64,000 bases of DNA, from assembly GCA_050486505.1 (NCBI GenBank), contig JBJHDK010000004.1, positions 2,548 to 66,547 on the forward strand, written 5' to 3'. Below are positions 18,373 through 27,818 of this stretch, piece after piece (the first letter of the stretch is position 1; every line of letters starts with the position of its first letter). Below the pieces are notes generated by a model that worked only from the letters and a program-made list of their open reading frames with translations, had not been told where the DNA came from and searched no databases. The stretch comes from Fibrobacteria bacterium (GTDB taxonomy: Bacteria > Fibrobacterota > Fibrobacteria > UBA11236). The translations under genes were made by a program, and so were the position numbers.

Positions 18373-19236
18373 ATGCCCCTTCCGAAGCCCCGCATTCGCG
18401 GGGCTTCTTGTTTTGGGGTTTCTTCGCCACCGCCGGGCAAAATACCCCTGACGGCAGGGTCTGCCGGGAAGATTCCCCCAATCTCGGCTGGCGCAAGCCG
18501 CCACCGCGCTGTACTTTGGGAGCTGGAGGTGCCCTTGAGCCCGGACATATTAAGACAGGAAGTGCGCGCCCTGCGCGAAAAATGGCGTGACCAACCGCCC
18601 GCTCCGCTCTACGACGAGCTCTCGGACCTGTTGTTCAAGGCGGGCAAGATCACTGCGGCCATGAACCTGATGGAATCATCGCTTCGGGCGGCCCCCTCCC
18701 CCGATGACGTGGCGACCGATTTGAGCGATGATGGTGCTTGGTGGTTCCGGCGCGGGATGGAATATGCCGATGCCTGCCTTTACGAAGAGGCCTGCGCCTG
18801 CCTGAACCGGGCCCTTGCGGCGGGCGGAGAAAACTTCGAGACGCATTATTGCCTGGCCGGCCTCTACAAGAGCCTGGAGCGGCCCGACAAGGCCGAACAC
18901 CACTGTCGCGTTTCACTGCGCCACAATCCGGGATTCGCGCCGTCTTTCATCCTTCTCGCGTCGATCACGCGCATGACCGGTCGCGTGGAAGAAAGCGCCG
19001 ATGCGGCGCGCATGGCCGTATTGCTTGATCCCGACTGCGCGCCCGCGCACTATGATCTCGCCTGCTATTACGCCCTTTCAGGTGAATGCGACAAGGCCCT
19101 CAAGGCCTTGCGCAGCGCCATGGACAAGGGGTTCTGCGATTTCGAATGGGCCGATCGCGATCCCGATCTCGCCCCGTTGCGCGAGCATGCGGAGTTCCGC
19201 AGGCTGCTCGAAACGTTCGGCGCCGGGGACCGGTAA
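18373..19236 (+). CDS. TPR repeat-containing protein (start uncertain, possibly TTG near 18529)
   Basis: The C-terminal 200 aa carry TPR-like repeats (…ACLNRALAAGGENFETHYCLAGLYKSLERPDKAEHHCRVSLRHNPGFAP…AHYDLACYYALSGECDKALKAL…). The N-terminal part of the ORF is low-complexity. Confidence 0.55.
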   Translation: MPLPKPRIRGASCFGVSSPPPGKIPLTAGSAGKIPPISAGASRHRAVLWELEVPLSPDILRQEVRALREKWRDQPPAPLYDELSDLLFKAGKITAAMNLMESSLRAAPSPDDVATDLSDDGAWWFRRGMEYADACLYEEACACLNRALAAGGENFETHYCLAGLYKSLERPDKAEHHCRVSLRHNPGFAPSFILLASITRMTGRVEESADAARMAVLLDPDCAPAHYDLACYYALSGECDKALKALRSAMDKGFCDFEWADRDPDLAPLREHAEFRRLLETFGAGDR

Positions 19237-19403
19237 CCCAACCGGGAATCGGACGGATCCGCCCGTCGGGGTCGTTCACCACCGACCCCTGTTATTATAT
19301 TGAACCGACTTTTCCCGAAACGGCCTAAGTCGTTGCGCGTCATTCGTTTGGCCCGCGGCCTGGGACGGCGCGGATTTTCCTCGAAAGAATTGAGAAGGGG
19401 CAC

Positions 19404-22037
19404 ATGAAAAGGGATACAGGCCTGCGTAGCGTGATCTTGTTGGCGGTTTTGGTGCTGAGCGCCATCAGCCTTTGGCCGACGATCGCGGTTTTTTCAAAGA
19501 GCAACGACACGAACCTCCCCCTTGAGGAGCGCGAGCGCGAAATCTTCAAGCGCGAAAATCCCAAGATCGCCTCCAAGTCGCTCAACCTCGGGCTCGACCT
19601 CGCGGGCGGCACGCACATCATCGTCGAGATCGACAGGTCCCAGCTCGATGAGGCCGCGAGCCGCGACGTGCTCGATCGCAGCCTTGAAATCATCCGAAAC
19701 CGCGTCGACCAGTACGGCCTCAGCGAGCCCGTCATCACCCGCTCGGGCGACAATCGCATCATCGCGTCTCTGGCCGGCATGGGCGCCGAAGACGCCCGCC
19801 GCCTCATTGGCGCAACTGCCTTGCTCGAGTTCAAGCTTGTCGCCGAGCTCGACGAATTCCGCCCGGTCCTGAACCGCCTCGACAATTTCCTCGCCCGCCA
19901 GCGCGGGCAAGGCTCCGCGACATCCGCTCCCCGCGGGACTTCCGAGGTCGAAAGCGTTTTCGGCCGCGTCGTCCGCGACGACACGGCGGCCACCCTTGCC
20001 GACCCGGATGCGGAAAACGGCGAGCTTGCCGACGCATTCCTCGACGACACCACCGCCATCGACGAGTTCTTCGATCCCGAAGCAAGGCCGTTCAGCGCCA
20101 TGCTCGTGCAAGTCGGCCGCGACATGGGTGTCGCCGCGGAGAACTACGAACGGATGCGCCGCCTCCTTCAGGACCGTGAAATCCAGCAGCTGATCCCGGC
20201 GCGCTACCAGTTCCTCTGGGGCCGCGAAACCGAGCGCCTTGAAGACGGTCGCGAAGTCCGCCGCCTCTACCTGCTGCGCCGCCGCGCCGAAATGACCGGT
20301 TCCACCATCGCAGACGCCACGTTCCAGCACGTGCAGGGCGGTTTGCAGGCGGGTGAGATCGAAGTCGGCCTGACCTTCCGCGGCATCGGCCCCAACGAAT
20401 TCGCCCGTGTGACCGGGGCGAACATCGGCAGGCAGCTCGCCATTGTCCTCGACTCCGTCGTGTACTCGGCCCCGGTGATCCAGGGGCGCATTCCGCACGG
20501 GCGCGCCTCCATCACCGGCATCCGCAGCATCACCGAGGCCAAGCAGCTCGCCGTCGTGCTACGTGCCGGCGCGCTCCCCGCGCCGATGAACATCGTCGAA
20601 CTCCGCTCCGTGGGTCCGACGCTCGGCGAGGAAAATATCCGCAAGGGGATGTATGCGGCCCTGGTGGCCCTTGTCCTTGTCGCGCTCTTCATGGCCGTGT
20701 ATTACCGCGGCGCGGGGCTGATCGCCAACGCCGCGTTGGTCATCAACATGATCGTGATCTTCTCGGTGCTGTCGGCCTTCGGTGCAACGCTGACCCTGCC
20801 AGGCCTGGCGGGCATCGCGCTGACGATCGGCATGGCGGTCGACGCCAATGTGCTGATCTTCGAACGCATCCGAGAAGAGTTGAAGGCCGGAAAGTCGGCG
20901 CGCATCGCGGTCGACACCGGCTACCGCAAGGCCCTGAGCGCCATTCTTGACGCGAACATCACGACCTTCGGCACCGCCGCCATTCTCTACTACATCGGCG
21001 TCGGCCCCATCAAGGGTTTCGGTCTCACCCTCATGATCGGCCTCGCCGCCTCCATGTACACCGCCCTCGTGGTGACGCGCCTGCTGTTCGACTACCGCCT
21101 GCGCAAACCCGAGGTGCGCGACATCAGCATCGGCAACGGCCTCGCCTGGCTCGACAATGCCGATATCAAGCTCATCCCCGGGATGCGCTACTATGTCGGT
21201 TTCGCCCTGCTGATCGCGGCCGTGACAGCCGGCTCCCTGGCCACTCGCGGCGTAAACCTGGGCATCGACTTCACCGGCGGCCATGTCTATCAGGTGCAGT
21301 TCCAGGAGTCGCCCGATGTCGAGGCGCTGCGCTCCAGCGTTGCCGCGGCCGGGTTCAGCCAGCCTCGCGTGCAAAGCTTCGGCCCGCAGTCCGAGAACCG
21401 CGTGCTCGTCTACCTGCAGGACGTGGGCGGCGACACGGCATCCCTTGCGGCCGTGCGCGAAGCGGTGGCTCCGGGCTTCATCGAAAGCGAAGACGCGGTG
21501 GGTGCGTCCGTCGGTCGCGACCTTCGCTGGGCGGCGATCTGGTCCCTCCTCGCGGCGACCCTGCTCATCATCTTCTACATCTGGATCCGCTTCGGACGAA
21601 ACGGCCTCGGCTTCGGCATCGCCGCGGCCCTGGAGTCGCTGGCGGCAAGCATCGCGACAATCGGCTTCTTCTCGCTGTCTGGCATGGAGGTCAACCTCCC
21701 GTTCATCGCCGCCGTGCTGACCGTGATCGGTTACTCGCTCAATGACGCCGTCGTCATTTTCGACCGCATTCGCGAGCAGACAAACCTCACCGGTACGCGG
21801 GACAGCTTCGCGACCCGGGTCGGCAGTGCCGTGAACCAGTGCATGAGCCGCAGTGTGATCACCCATGTCACCACGATCTTCACGTTGCTGACCCTCGTGG
21901 TTCTGGGAGGGAGCTCGATCCGCGACTTCGCGGGTGCCATGCTCGTGGGCATCACCATCGGCGGAATCTTTACATACGCCGTTGCCTGTCCCTTCGTCGT
22001 CTGGTGGGACAGCCGCCGCGTGCGTGTCAAAGCCTGA
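19404..22037 (+). CDS. secDF: Protein translocase subunit SecDF (fused)
   Basis: 877-aa protein whose N-terminal half is SecD-like and C-terminal half SecF-like, with the conserved SecD/SecF membrane signatures. It begins with a single TM helix and a large periplasmic domain. Confidence 0.93.
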   Translation: MKRDTGLRSVILLAVLVLSAISLWPTIAVFSKSNDTNLPLEEREREIFKRENPKIASKSLNLGLDLAGGTHIIVEIDRSQLDEAASRDVLDRSLEIIRNRVDQYGLSEPVITRSGDNRIIASLAGMGAEDARRLIGATALLEFKLVAELDEFRPVLNRLDNFLARQRGQGSATSAPRGTSEVESVFGRVVRDDTAATLADPDAENGELADAFLDDTTAIDEFFDPEARPFSAMLVQVGRDMGVAAENYERMRRLLQDREIQQLIPARYQFLWGRETERLEDGREVRRLYLLRRRAEMTGSTIADATFQHVQGGLQAGEIEVGLTFRGIGPNEFARVTGANIGRQLAIVLDSVVYSAPVIQGRIPHGRASITGIRSITEAKQLAVVLRAGALPAPMNIVELRSVGPTLGEENIRKGMYAALVALVLVALFMAVYYRGAGLIANAALVINMIVIFSVLSAFGATLTLPGLAGIALTIGMAVDANVLIFERIREELKAGKSARIAVDTGYRKALSAILDANITTFGTAAILYYIGVGPIKGFGLTLMIGLAASMYTALVVTRLLFDYRLRKPEVRDISIGNGLAWLDNADIKLIPGMRYYVGFALLIAAVTAGSLATRGVNLGIDFTGGHVYQVQFQESPDVEALRSSVAAAGFSQPRVQSFGPQSENRVLVYLQDVGGDTASLAAVREAVAPGFIESEDAVGASVGRDLRWAAIWSLLAATLLIIFYIWIRFGRNGLGFGIAAALESLAASIATIGFFSLSGMEVNLPFIAAVLTVIGYSLNDAVVIFDRIREQTNLTGTRDSFATRVGSAVNQCMSRSVITHVTTIFTLLTLVVLGGSSIRDFAGAMLVGITIGGIFTYAVACPFVVWWDSRRVRVKA

Positions 22038-22061
22038 CGGCTCCGGAAGATCTCTCCAACG

Positions 22062-22090
22062 AAAAAGCGCCCCTTGCAGGGCGCTTTTTC
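22062..22090. terminator. Bidirectional intrinsic terminator between secDF and the AraC-PAS genes
   Basis: aaaaAGCGCCCcttgcaGGGCGCTtttt: a 7-bp GC stem flanked by an A-run and a T-run, so it reads as a terminator on either strand. Confidence 0.55.
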
Positions 22091-22128
22091 GTTCTCTGCG
22101 GTCGGGAACCCGAAGCCCGGGACCGCCG

Positions 22129-22947
22129 CTACTCGTCGTCGAAAACCGCCGGATCGTAGTGCCCGAGCGAAAAGAATTTTTTCTGGTCGGGCATCTCGCG
22201 AAAGCTGGCGCGGAACTCCTTCGGGGTCATCTTCTTGTACTTCGCGAACTGCTTGGTAAAGAAGCTGTGATCATAGAAGCCGGCCTCCACGGCAATATCC
22301 GCAATGGGCTTGCTCGTGCCAACCAACAGGCGACACGCCACATTCAACCGAACCATGGCCAGGTAGCGCCCGGGCGTCACCTGGAACTCGCGCTTGAAAC
22401 GTCGTGTGAAACGTGAAAGGCTGAGCCCCGCCAACTCCGCGAGTTCTTCGGTGCGCAGCGGTTTGGCATAATGCGCCATGATATGCCTGACAACGGGCTC
22501 CAAGGTGCGGTAGGGGTGCAAGTCCGAATCCGCTGAACGCAAATCCTGCGTGATTCCGATCAGGCCGGCGGCATTGCCGTGCCTCCCCCTGAGGGGGATT
22601 TTTGTGGTCTGATACCAGTCCACCATGCCGTCCGCGGTGGGAATGATCTCGGGTTTGTTGATTTGCGGCACACCCGTGCGCATGACCTCGGCATCATCGT
22701 GACGGTATGCCTCCGCCTGCAACTTCCAGAAGAAATCGTAATCCGTCTTGCCGACGATTTCTTCCGGGCCGTTGAGCCCCATTTTTTCCCAATGGTTGCG
22801 GTTCGACATGATGAACCGGCTCTGCGAGTCCTTGATGAAGATGTGGATGTTGCTGGGGAAATAGTTGAGCAACTTTTCGATCAACTCATCCTCGGGGAGT
22901 TCCCCCAGAAATGCGCGACGGAACTCCTGATGGTCTGCACGTGTCAT
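22129..22947 (-). CDS. PAS domain-containing AraC-family transcriptional regulator (paralog 1)
   Basis: N-terminal PAS-like region (…FIKDSQSRFIMSNRNHWEKMGLNGPEEIVGKTDYDFFW…) and C-terminal AraC helix-turn-helix (…AGFYDHSFFTKQFAKYKKMTPKEFR…). 272 aa. Confidence 0.8.
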   Translation of the reverse strand: MTRADHQEFRRAFLGELPEDELIEKLLNYFPSNIHIFIKDSQSRFIMSNRNHWEKMGLNGPEEIVGKTDYDFFWKLQAEAYRHDDAEVMRTGVPQINKPEIIPTADGMVDWYQTTKIPLRGRHGNAAGLIGITQDLRSADSDLHPYRTLEPVVRHIMAHYAKPLRTEELAELAGLSLSRFTRRFKREFQVTPGRYLAMVRLNVACRLLVGTSKPIADIAVEAGFYDHSFFTKQFAKYKKMTPKEFRASFREMPDQKKFFSLGHYDPAVFDDE

Positions 22948-23819
22948 GGGGTTGCCTTTCTCCGCGACGGAGTCCCGCGGACACCGGCCGATAGTTCGGC
23001 GCTTTCCCTGGCCGAACTCCGCGGCGTCAGATCTCCGAGCGGGAAAAATTTCTTGCGGTCGGGAAGGTCGCGAAACCGGATGCGAAACTCCTTGGGCGTG
23101 AGGCCCTTGTACTTCAGGAACTGTTTGGTGAAAAAACTGTGGTCGTAAAAGCCCGCCTTCAGTGCGACTTCAGAAATCGGCGAAGTGGTGTCAAGCAGCA
23201 GCCTGCATGCTGCATTCAGTCTGACCATGGAAAGGTAGCGGCCCGGTGTCACCCCGAACTCCTGCTTGAAGCGACGGATCAGGTAGCCAGGGCTCAACCC
23301 GGCAACATCGGCCATTTCTTCGAGCCGGAGCGGCTTCGCGTAGTTCGTCATGATGTGGCGAACCACGGGTTCAAGGGTGCGGTAGGCCGACAACGCCGAA
23401 TCCGCGGAGCGCAGGTCGCGGATGATGCCCACAAGACCCTCGATCCCTCCATCCTTGCCGCGCAGGGGGATTTTGGTCGTCTGGTACCAATCCACCATGC
23501 CGTCCGCGGTGGGAATGATCTCGGGCTTGTTGATTTGCGGAGTCCCGGTCCGAAGAACCTCGCCATCGTCATGGCGGTAGGCTTCTGCCTGCAATGACCA
23601 AAAAAAATCATAGTCGGTCTTGCCGATAATCTGCTCCCCGCCCTCCAGGCCCATCTTTGTCCAGAAGCTGCGATTCGCCATCATGAAGCGGCCTTGCGCA
23701 TCCTTGACGAATACATCGACATTATCAGGAAAATGCTCCATGATTCTCTCGGTGATCTCGTTCTCGCGAAGCCTGTCGAGAAACGCGTGCCGAAGATCCT
23801 CCTCGCGACCAAGCGCCAT
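22944..23819 (-). CDS. PAS domain-containing AraC-family transcriptional regulator (paralog 2)
   Basis: Start at ATG 23819 (MALGREEDLRHAF…). It shows high identity to paralog 1 across the PAS and helix-turn-helix regions and carries an extra C-terminal tail. Its stop overlaps the paralog-1 start as ATGA. Confidence 0.8.
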   Translation of the reverse strand: MALGREEDLRHAFLDRLRENEITERIMEHFPDNVDVFVKDAQGRFMMANRSFWTKMGLEGGEQIIGKTDYDFFWSLQAEAYRHDDGEVLRTGTPQINKPEIIPTADGMVDWYQTTKIPLRGKDGGIEGLVGIIRDLRSADSALSAYRTLEPVVRHIMTNYAKPLRLEEMADVAGLSPGYLIRRFKQEFGVTPGRYLSMVRLNAACRLLLDTTSPISEVALKAGFYDHSFFTKQFLKYKGLTPKEFRIRFRDLPDRKKFFPLGDLTPRSSARESAELSAGVRGTPSRRKATP

Positions 23820-23821
23820 GC

Positions 23822-23950
23822 ATCCCCTCCGAAGTACGACTGTCGAAATGATACCAATGTTATGGCGAGCGAGACCCGTAAGTGAGCGAGAATTTCCACG
23901 TGGGCGGCGCGACACCGGTTAAATTCCCTCGTCCCGCAACCGGACGCGAC
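23822..23950 (+). promoter_or_regulatory. Possible degenerate FMN riboswitch (RFN element) in the ribD leader (needs a covariance-model check)
   Basis: The leader contains GCGAGCG, CCGGTTAAATTCC and AACCGGACG, which resemble the conserved RFN blocks (AGCCCGCGAGCG; CCGGUGNAAUUCCGG; AGUCCGGAUG), and its position in front of ribD is the classic one. Overall the match is partial. Confidence 0.25.
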
Positions 23951-23952
23951 TC

Positions 23953-25065
23953 ATGGATACTCGAACACACCACTCGCGACAGGCACTACGCCACATGGAT
24001 GCGGCCTTCGCCGAAGCGTTGGCCGCCAAGGGGCGGACCCTGCCCAACCCGGCGGTGGGCGCAGTGCTGGTCAGGAACGGCCGCGTCGTGGGGCGCGGCG
24101 GGACGCGGCCGGCAGGACAGGCGCACGCCGAAATCGTCGCGTTGGAGCAGGCTCGCGGCGAAGCGCGAGGAGCCACCCTGTACGTGACGCTCGAGCCCTG
24201 CCGGCACTTCGGCAGAACACCGCCCTGCACCCGCGCCATCATCGACGCCGGTGTGACGAGGGTCGTGGCCGCCTGCACCGACCCCAACCCCAAGGTCGCC
24301 GGAAATGGGCTTGCGGATTTGCGGCGCGCCGGCATCGAGGTCGAATGCGGACTGATGCGCGAGCGCGCCGAAACCTTCTACGCGGGCTTCTTCTTCTGGA
24401 TCCGGAACGGGCGCCCACGCATCGTCGTCAAGGTCGCGCAAAGCCTCGACGGGCGCATCAATGCGCGACCGGGCACGGAAACCCCGCTCACCGGCCTTGA
24501 GGCGCACCACTTCGCACATGCCCTCCGCGCGAGCGCCGATGCGATCCTCATCGGGGGTACAACCCTGCGCAGCGACAACCCGGACCTGACCCCGCGGCTT
24601 GTTCCCGGTGCGCCGGCGCCGGATGTGTTGGTCCTCACGCGCGACCGGATCCCAAGTCCCCGTCACAAGGTCTTCGCCCGCAACCGTCCGTCCCGAACCG
24701 TCGTGATTTCACCGGATCCCCCCCTTAACCTGCCTGCCCACGTGGATCTGGTCCGCATCCCCGGCAAAAGACCGCTTGTGCGGGAACTCCTGAACGTCTT
24801 CGCCGATCGCGGGTACCACGAGATTCTTGTGGAGGGGGGGCGTGCGGTGTGGTCTCCTTTCCTGAACGGGGGACTCTGCGACGCGCTGCATCTCGTCACG
24901 GCGCCGGCGCTCCATCCGGGAGGGGAACGCTGGGATGAAGGTCTTCGGGCAGGATGGGTGAAACCCCTTGAATTTCATAGATTTACGCCGCTTGGCCCTG
25001 ATGTTTGGGCCGAATTTCGACGGCGACCGGCCACCGCAACCGCGCGGAGGAGAACCGCGCCTTGA
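23953..25065 (+). CDS. ribD: Bifunctional riboflavin biosynthesis protein RibD (deaminase/reductase)
   Basis: CMP/dCMP deaminase zinc motif (HAEIVAL…TLEPCRHFGRTPPC) followed by a RibD_C reductase domain. The start is possibly the ATG at 23995. Confidence 0.9.
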   Translation: MDTRTHHSRQALRHMDAAFAEALAAKGRTLPNPAVGAVLVRNGRVVGRGGTRPAGQAHAEIVALEQARGEARGATLYVTLEPCRHFGRTPPCTRAIIDAGVTRVVAACTDPNPKVAGNGLADLRRAGIEVECGLMRERAETFYAGFFFWIRNGRPRIVVKVAQSLDGRINARPGTETPLTGLEAHHFAHALRASADAILIGGTTLRSDNPDLTPRLVPGAPAPDVLVLTRDRIPSPRHKVFARNRPSRTVVISPDPPLNLPAHVDLVRIPGKRPLVRELLNVFADRGYHEILVEGGRAVWSPFLNGGLCDALHLVTAPALHPGGERWDEGLRAGWVKPLEFHRFTPLGPDVWAEFRRRPATATARRRTAP

Positions 25066-25095
25066 CGCATTGAGTGAAAGGGCCCGGTACACATC

Positions 25096-25755
25096 ATGTT
25101 TACAGGGATCGTGCAGGAAACCGGTCGTGTCCGCGGGCTCTCTCCCCTTGGCGGAGCCGTGCGCTTTACGATTTCCGCTCCCGGGCTTTCCTCGCGGCTT
25201 GCCGTCGGTGACAGCGTTGCCTGCGACGGTGTCTGCCTGACGGTGGAGCGACTGGAGCGCGACGGATTCACCGTCTGCGCCGTGCCGGAAACGCTCGCGC
25301 GAACGACGTTGGGCCACCTGGCCATGGGCTCGGCGTTGAACCTGGAGTCCGCGTTGACTCCCACGACGCCGATGGGCGGGCATTTCGTCCATGGTCACGT
25401 CGACGGCACATGCGAAGTGATCGAAATCCGCCCCTTGGGCGACGGGGAGGGGCGTGAAGTCACCGTGCGCCTGCCCGGGCCGTTCGCGCGTTACTGCGTG
25501 TACAAAGGCTCGATCTGTTTATCGGGCGTAAGCCTCACGATCGCCGCCGTGGAGGGGAGCTCCGTGCGAGTGGCCCTGATCCCGCACACGCTCTCCGCCA
25601 CCACCTTGGGCAATGCAACGGTGGGGGACCTCCTGAACTTCGAAGTCGACATCCTGGCGAAATACGTGGAGCGTCTCGCGGGACGGGGCACGGGCTCGCA
25701 GCAGGCGTCGCTTGATGAGGCGGCGCTCAGGAAGTGGGGTTATGAAGTTTCATAG
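25096..25755 (+). CDS. ribE: Riboflavin synthase (alpha subunit)
   Basis: MFTGIVQETGRV… with duplicated lumazine-binding halves (…DGVCLTV…, …SICLSGVSLT…). 219 aa. Confidence 0.9.
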   Translation: MFTGIVQETGRVRGLSPLGGAVRFTISAPGLSSRLAVGDSVACDGVCLTVERLERDGFTVCAVPETLARTTLGHLAMGSALNLESALTPTTPMGGHFVHGHVDGTCEVIEIRPLGDGEGREVTVRLPGPFARYCVYKGSICLSGVSLTIAAVEGSSVRVALIPHTLSATTLGNATVGDLLNFEVDILAKYVERLAGRGTGSQQASLDEAALRKWGYEVS

Positions 25756-26920
25756 CATCGCCGAGGCGATTTCGGACCTGAGGCGCGGACGATCCATCGT
25801 GGTGGTGGACGACAAAAACCGCGAGAACGAAGGCGACGTCGTCTTCGCTGCGTCCAAATCGACGCCCGCAAAAATCAATTTTCTCGCGAAGCACGCGCGC
25901 GGCCTGGTGTGCGTGGCGCTTTCGGCGGATCGCGTCGAGGCCCTCGGCCTGCCTCCGATGACCGACCAGAACCGGTCTCGCTACGACACGGCATTTACCG
26001 TGTCCGTCGAAGCGCGCGAGGGCACGACCACGGGAATTTCGGCTTCCGATCGCAGCCTCACCGCACGCTTGCTGGCCGACGAGTCCTCGGGTCCGCGCGA
26101 CTTCATCAGCCCCGGCCATGTGTTTCCAATCAAGGCGCGGCGCGGTGGCGTGCTCGTGCGTGCGGGCCATACCGAGGCCGCCGTGGATCTGGTGCAAATG
26201 GCCGGGCTCGGAAACGCCGGGGTGATCTGCGAGATCATGAAAGAGGACGGGTCCATGGCCCGGCTTCCGGATTGCGCCCGATTTGCGCGCAAGCACGGAC
26301 TGAAAATCATTTCAGTGGAAGACTTGATCCACTACCGCCACATGCGCGAAAAACAGGTGCGCGCCGCCGGTTCCTTCCGTTTGCCCACTCCGCATGGGGA
26401 GTTCGAGGCGCACGCCTTCGAAGATCTTGTTCACGGTCGCATGCATTTGGCCCTCGTGCGCGGAGAGTTGTCCCAGACGCGCGCCGTCCCCGTGCGCGTG
26501 CATTCGGAATGCGCGCTCGGCGACGTGTTCGGGTCCCGGCGGTGCGACTGCGCCGACCTGCTGCAGCAGGGGCTCCGTGCCATTGCCCGGGAAGGCGGCG
26601 TCTTCCTATATATGCGCCAAACCCATTCCGAGGAGGCCTTCGGCCGCACCCTGCAAAAGTACGCCGCCGAGGACGCCCAACCGCGCTCCCGGGAAGCGAA
26701 GGGACGTTCCCAACACGGGGCCCCCATGGACGCCAGAACCTACGGCATCGGCGCGCAAATCCTCTTCGAGTTGGGGATCCGCCGCCTCAGCCTGCTGACC
26801 AACCATCCCAAGCGCATCCAGGGTCTTGAGGGTTACGGCCTCACCATCGTGAGGCAGGCGCCCCTGAGGGACGTAAAACCGGTCCGAACCCCGCGAGTCC
26901 GAAGCAAGGAGACAACATGA
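25742..26920 (+). CDS. ribBA: Bifunctional 3,4-dihydroxy-2-butanone-4-phosphate synthase / GTP cyclohydrolase II
   Basis: Start at ATG 25742 ([10 protein letters not shown]…). DHBP synthase motif ([12 protein letters not shown]) is followed by GTP cyclohydrolase II (…[20 protein letters not shown]…). Confidence 0.9.
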   Translation: MKFHSIAEAISDLRRGRSIVVVDDKNRENEGDVVFAASKSTPAKINFLAKHARGLVCVALSADRVEALGLPPMTDQNRSRYDTAFTVSVEAREGTTTGISASDRSLTARLLADESSGPRDFISPGHVFPIKARRGGVLVRAGHTEAAVDLVQMAGLGNAGVICEIMKEDGSMARLPDCARFARKHGLKIISVEDLIHYRHMREKQVRAAGSFRLPTPHGEFEAHAFEDLVHGRMHLALVRGELSQTRAVPVRVHSECALGDVFGSRRCDCADLLQQGLRAIAREGGVFLYMRQTHSEEAFGRTLQKYAAEDAQPRSREAKGRSQHGAPMDARTYGIGAQILFELGIRRLSLLTNHPKRIQGLEGYGLTIVRQAPLRDVKPVRTPRVRSKETT

Positions 26921-27378
26921 ACATCCTCGAAGGCAATCTCAACGCGAACGGAAAATCCTTCGGGATCGTCGTGTCCCGATTCAACACCCTTGTCACGCAA
27001 GAACTGCTCAAGGGTGCGGTCGACTGCCTCGTCCGCCACGGGGCCCGGGAGAAGGATATCACGGTGGCCTGGGTTCCCGGAGCCGGCGAGATCCCGCAAG
27101 TGCTCAGGCGTTTCGCCGCATCGGGCAAGTTCGACGCGGTCATCGCGTTGGGTTGTGTGATTCGCGGCGCCACGCCTCACTTCGACCAGGTCGTGCAGAC
27201 CGCCGTGAAGGGGTTCGGTGGCGTCGCGGACGTCGGCGTCCCCGCCACCTTCGGGGTTCTCACCACCGAGAACCTGGAACAGGCGCTGGAACGGGCAGGC
27301 TCCAAGGCCGGGAACAAGGGCTGGGATGCCGCACTGGCGGCCATCGAACTGACCTCGCTTTGGAGCAAGCTGCCGTGA
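26917..27378 (+). CDS. ribH: 6,7-dimethyl-8-ribityllumazine synthase
   Basis: [23 protein letters not shown]…, the canonical lumazine synthase start. It overlaps ribBA by 4 nt. Confidence 0.9.
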   Translation: MNILEGNLNANGKSFGIVVSRFNTLVTQELLKGAVDCLVRHGAREKDITVAWVPGAGEIPQVLRRFAASGKFDAVIALGCVIRGATPHFDQVVQTAVKGFGGVADVGVPATFGVLTTENLEQALERAGSKAGNKGWDAALAAIELTSLWSKLP

Positions 27379-27809
27379 TCTCGCGCCGCAAGGGCAGAGA
27401 ATTCGCCATGCAGGCGCTGTATGCGTCCGAAGTCGGGGCAGAGACCCTCGACAAGGCTGCGGAAACCCTCATGCAGGACGATCCCGTTTCTCCCGACATG
27501 CGCGACTACGGCATGCGATTGTGCCGCGTCGTGCGCACCCGCGCCGACGAGATCGACGCTCTCATCGCAGCCTGCGCCGAACGTTGGGATGTCGCGCGCA
27601 TCGCCGTGGTGGACCGCATCATTCTACGCATCTCCGTGGCAGAACTCATGACCGAGCCCGATGTTCCCGCGAAGGTCTGCATCAACGAGGCGGTGGAAAT
27701 CGCCAGAAAGTTCTCAACCGAAAACAGCAGCCGCTTCGTGAACGGCGTCCTTGACGCCGTTTCCCGCAAGCTGGCTGATCTTCACAACGAACCCGCTCCG
27801 AAAAAGTAA
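27375..27809 (+). CDS. nusB: Transcription antitermination factor NusB
   Basis: GTG start at 27375, overlapping the ribH stop (GTGA). The N-terminus [19 protein letters not shown] is the conserved NusB start. The conserved ribH-nusB linkage is preserved. Confidence 0.83.
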   Translation: MISRRKGREFAMQALYASEVGAETLDKAAETLMQDDPVSPDMRDYGMRLCRVVRTRADEIDALIAACAERWDVARIAVVDRIILRISVAELMTEPDVPAKVCINEAVEIARKFSTENSSRFVNGVLDAVSRKLADLHNEPAPKK

Positions 27810-27818
27810 GGAAGACGC

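Noticed and set aside
17314-18504. 396-aa minus-strand ORF
   Set aside because: It is antisense to the well-supported TIM-barrel isomerase gene and has a low-complexity Gly/Val/Asp-rich translation.
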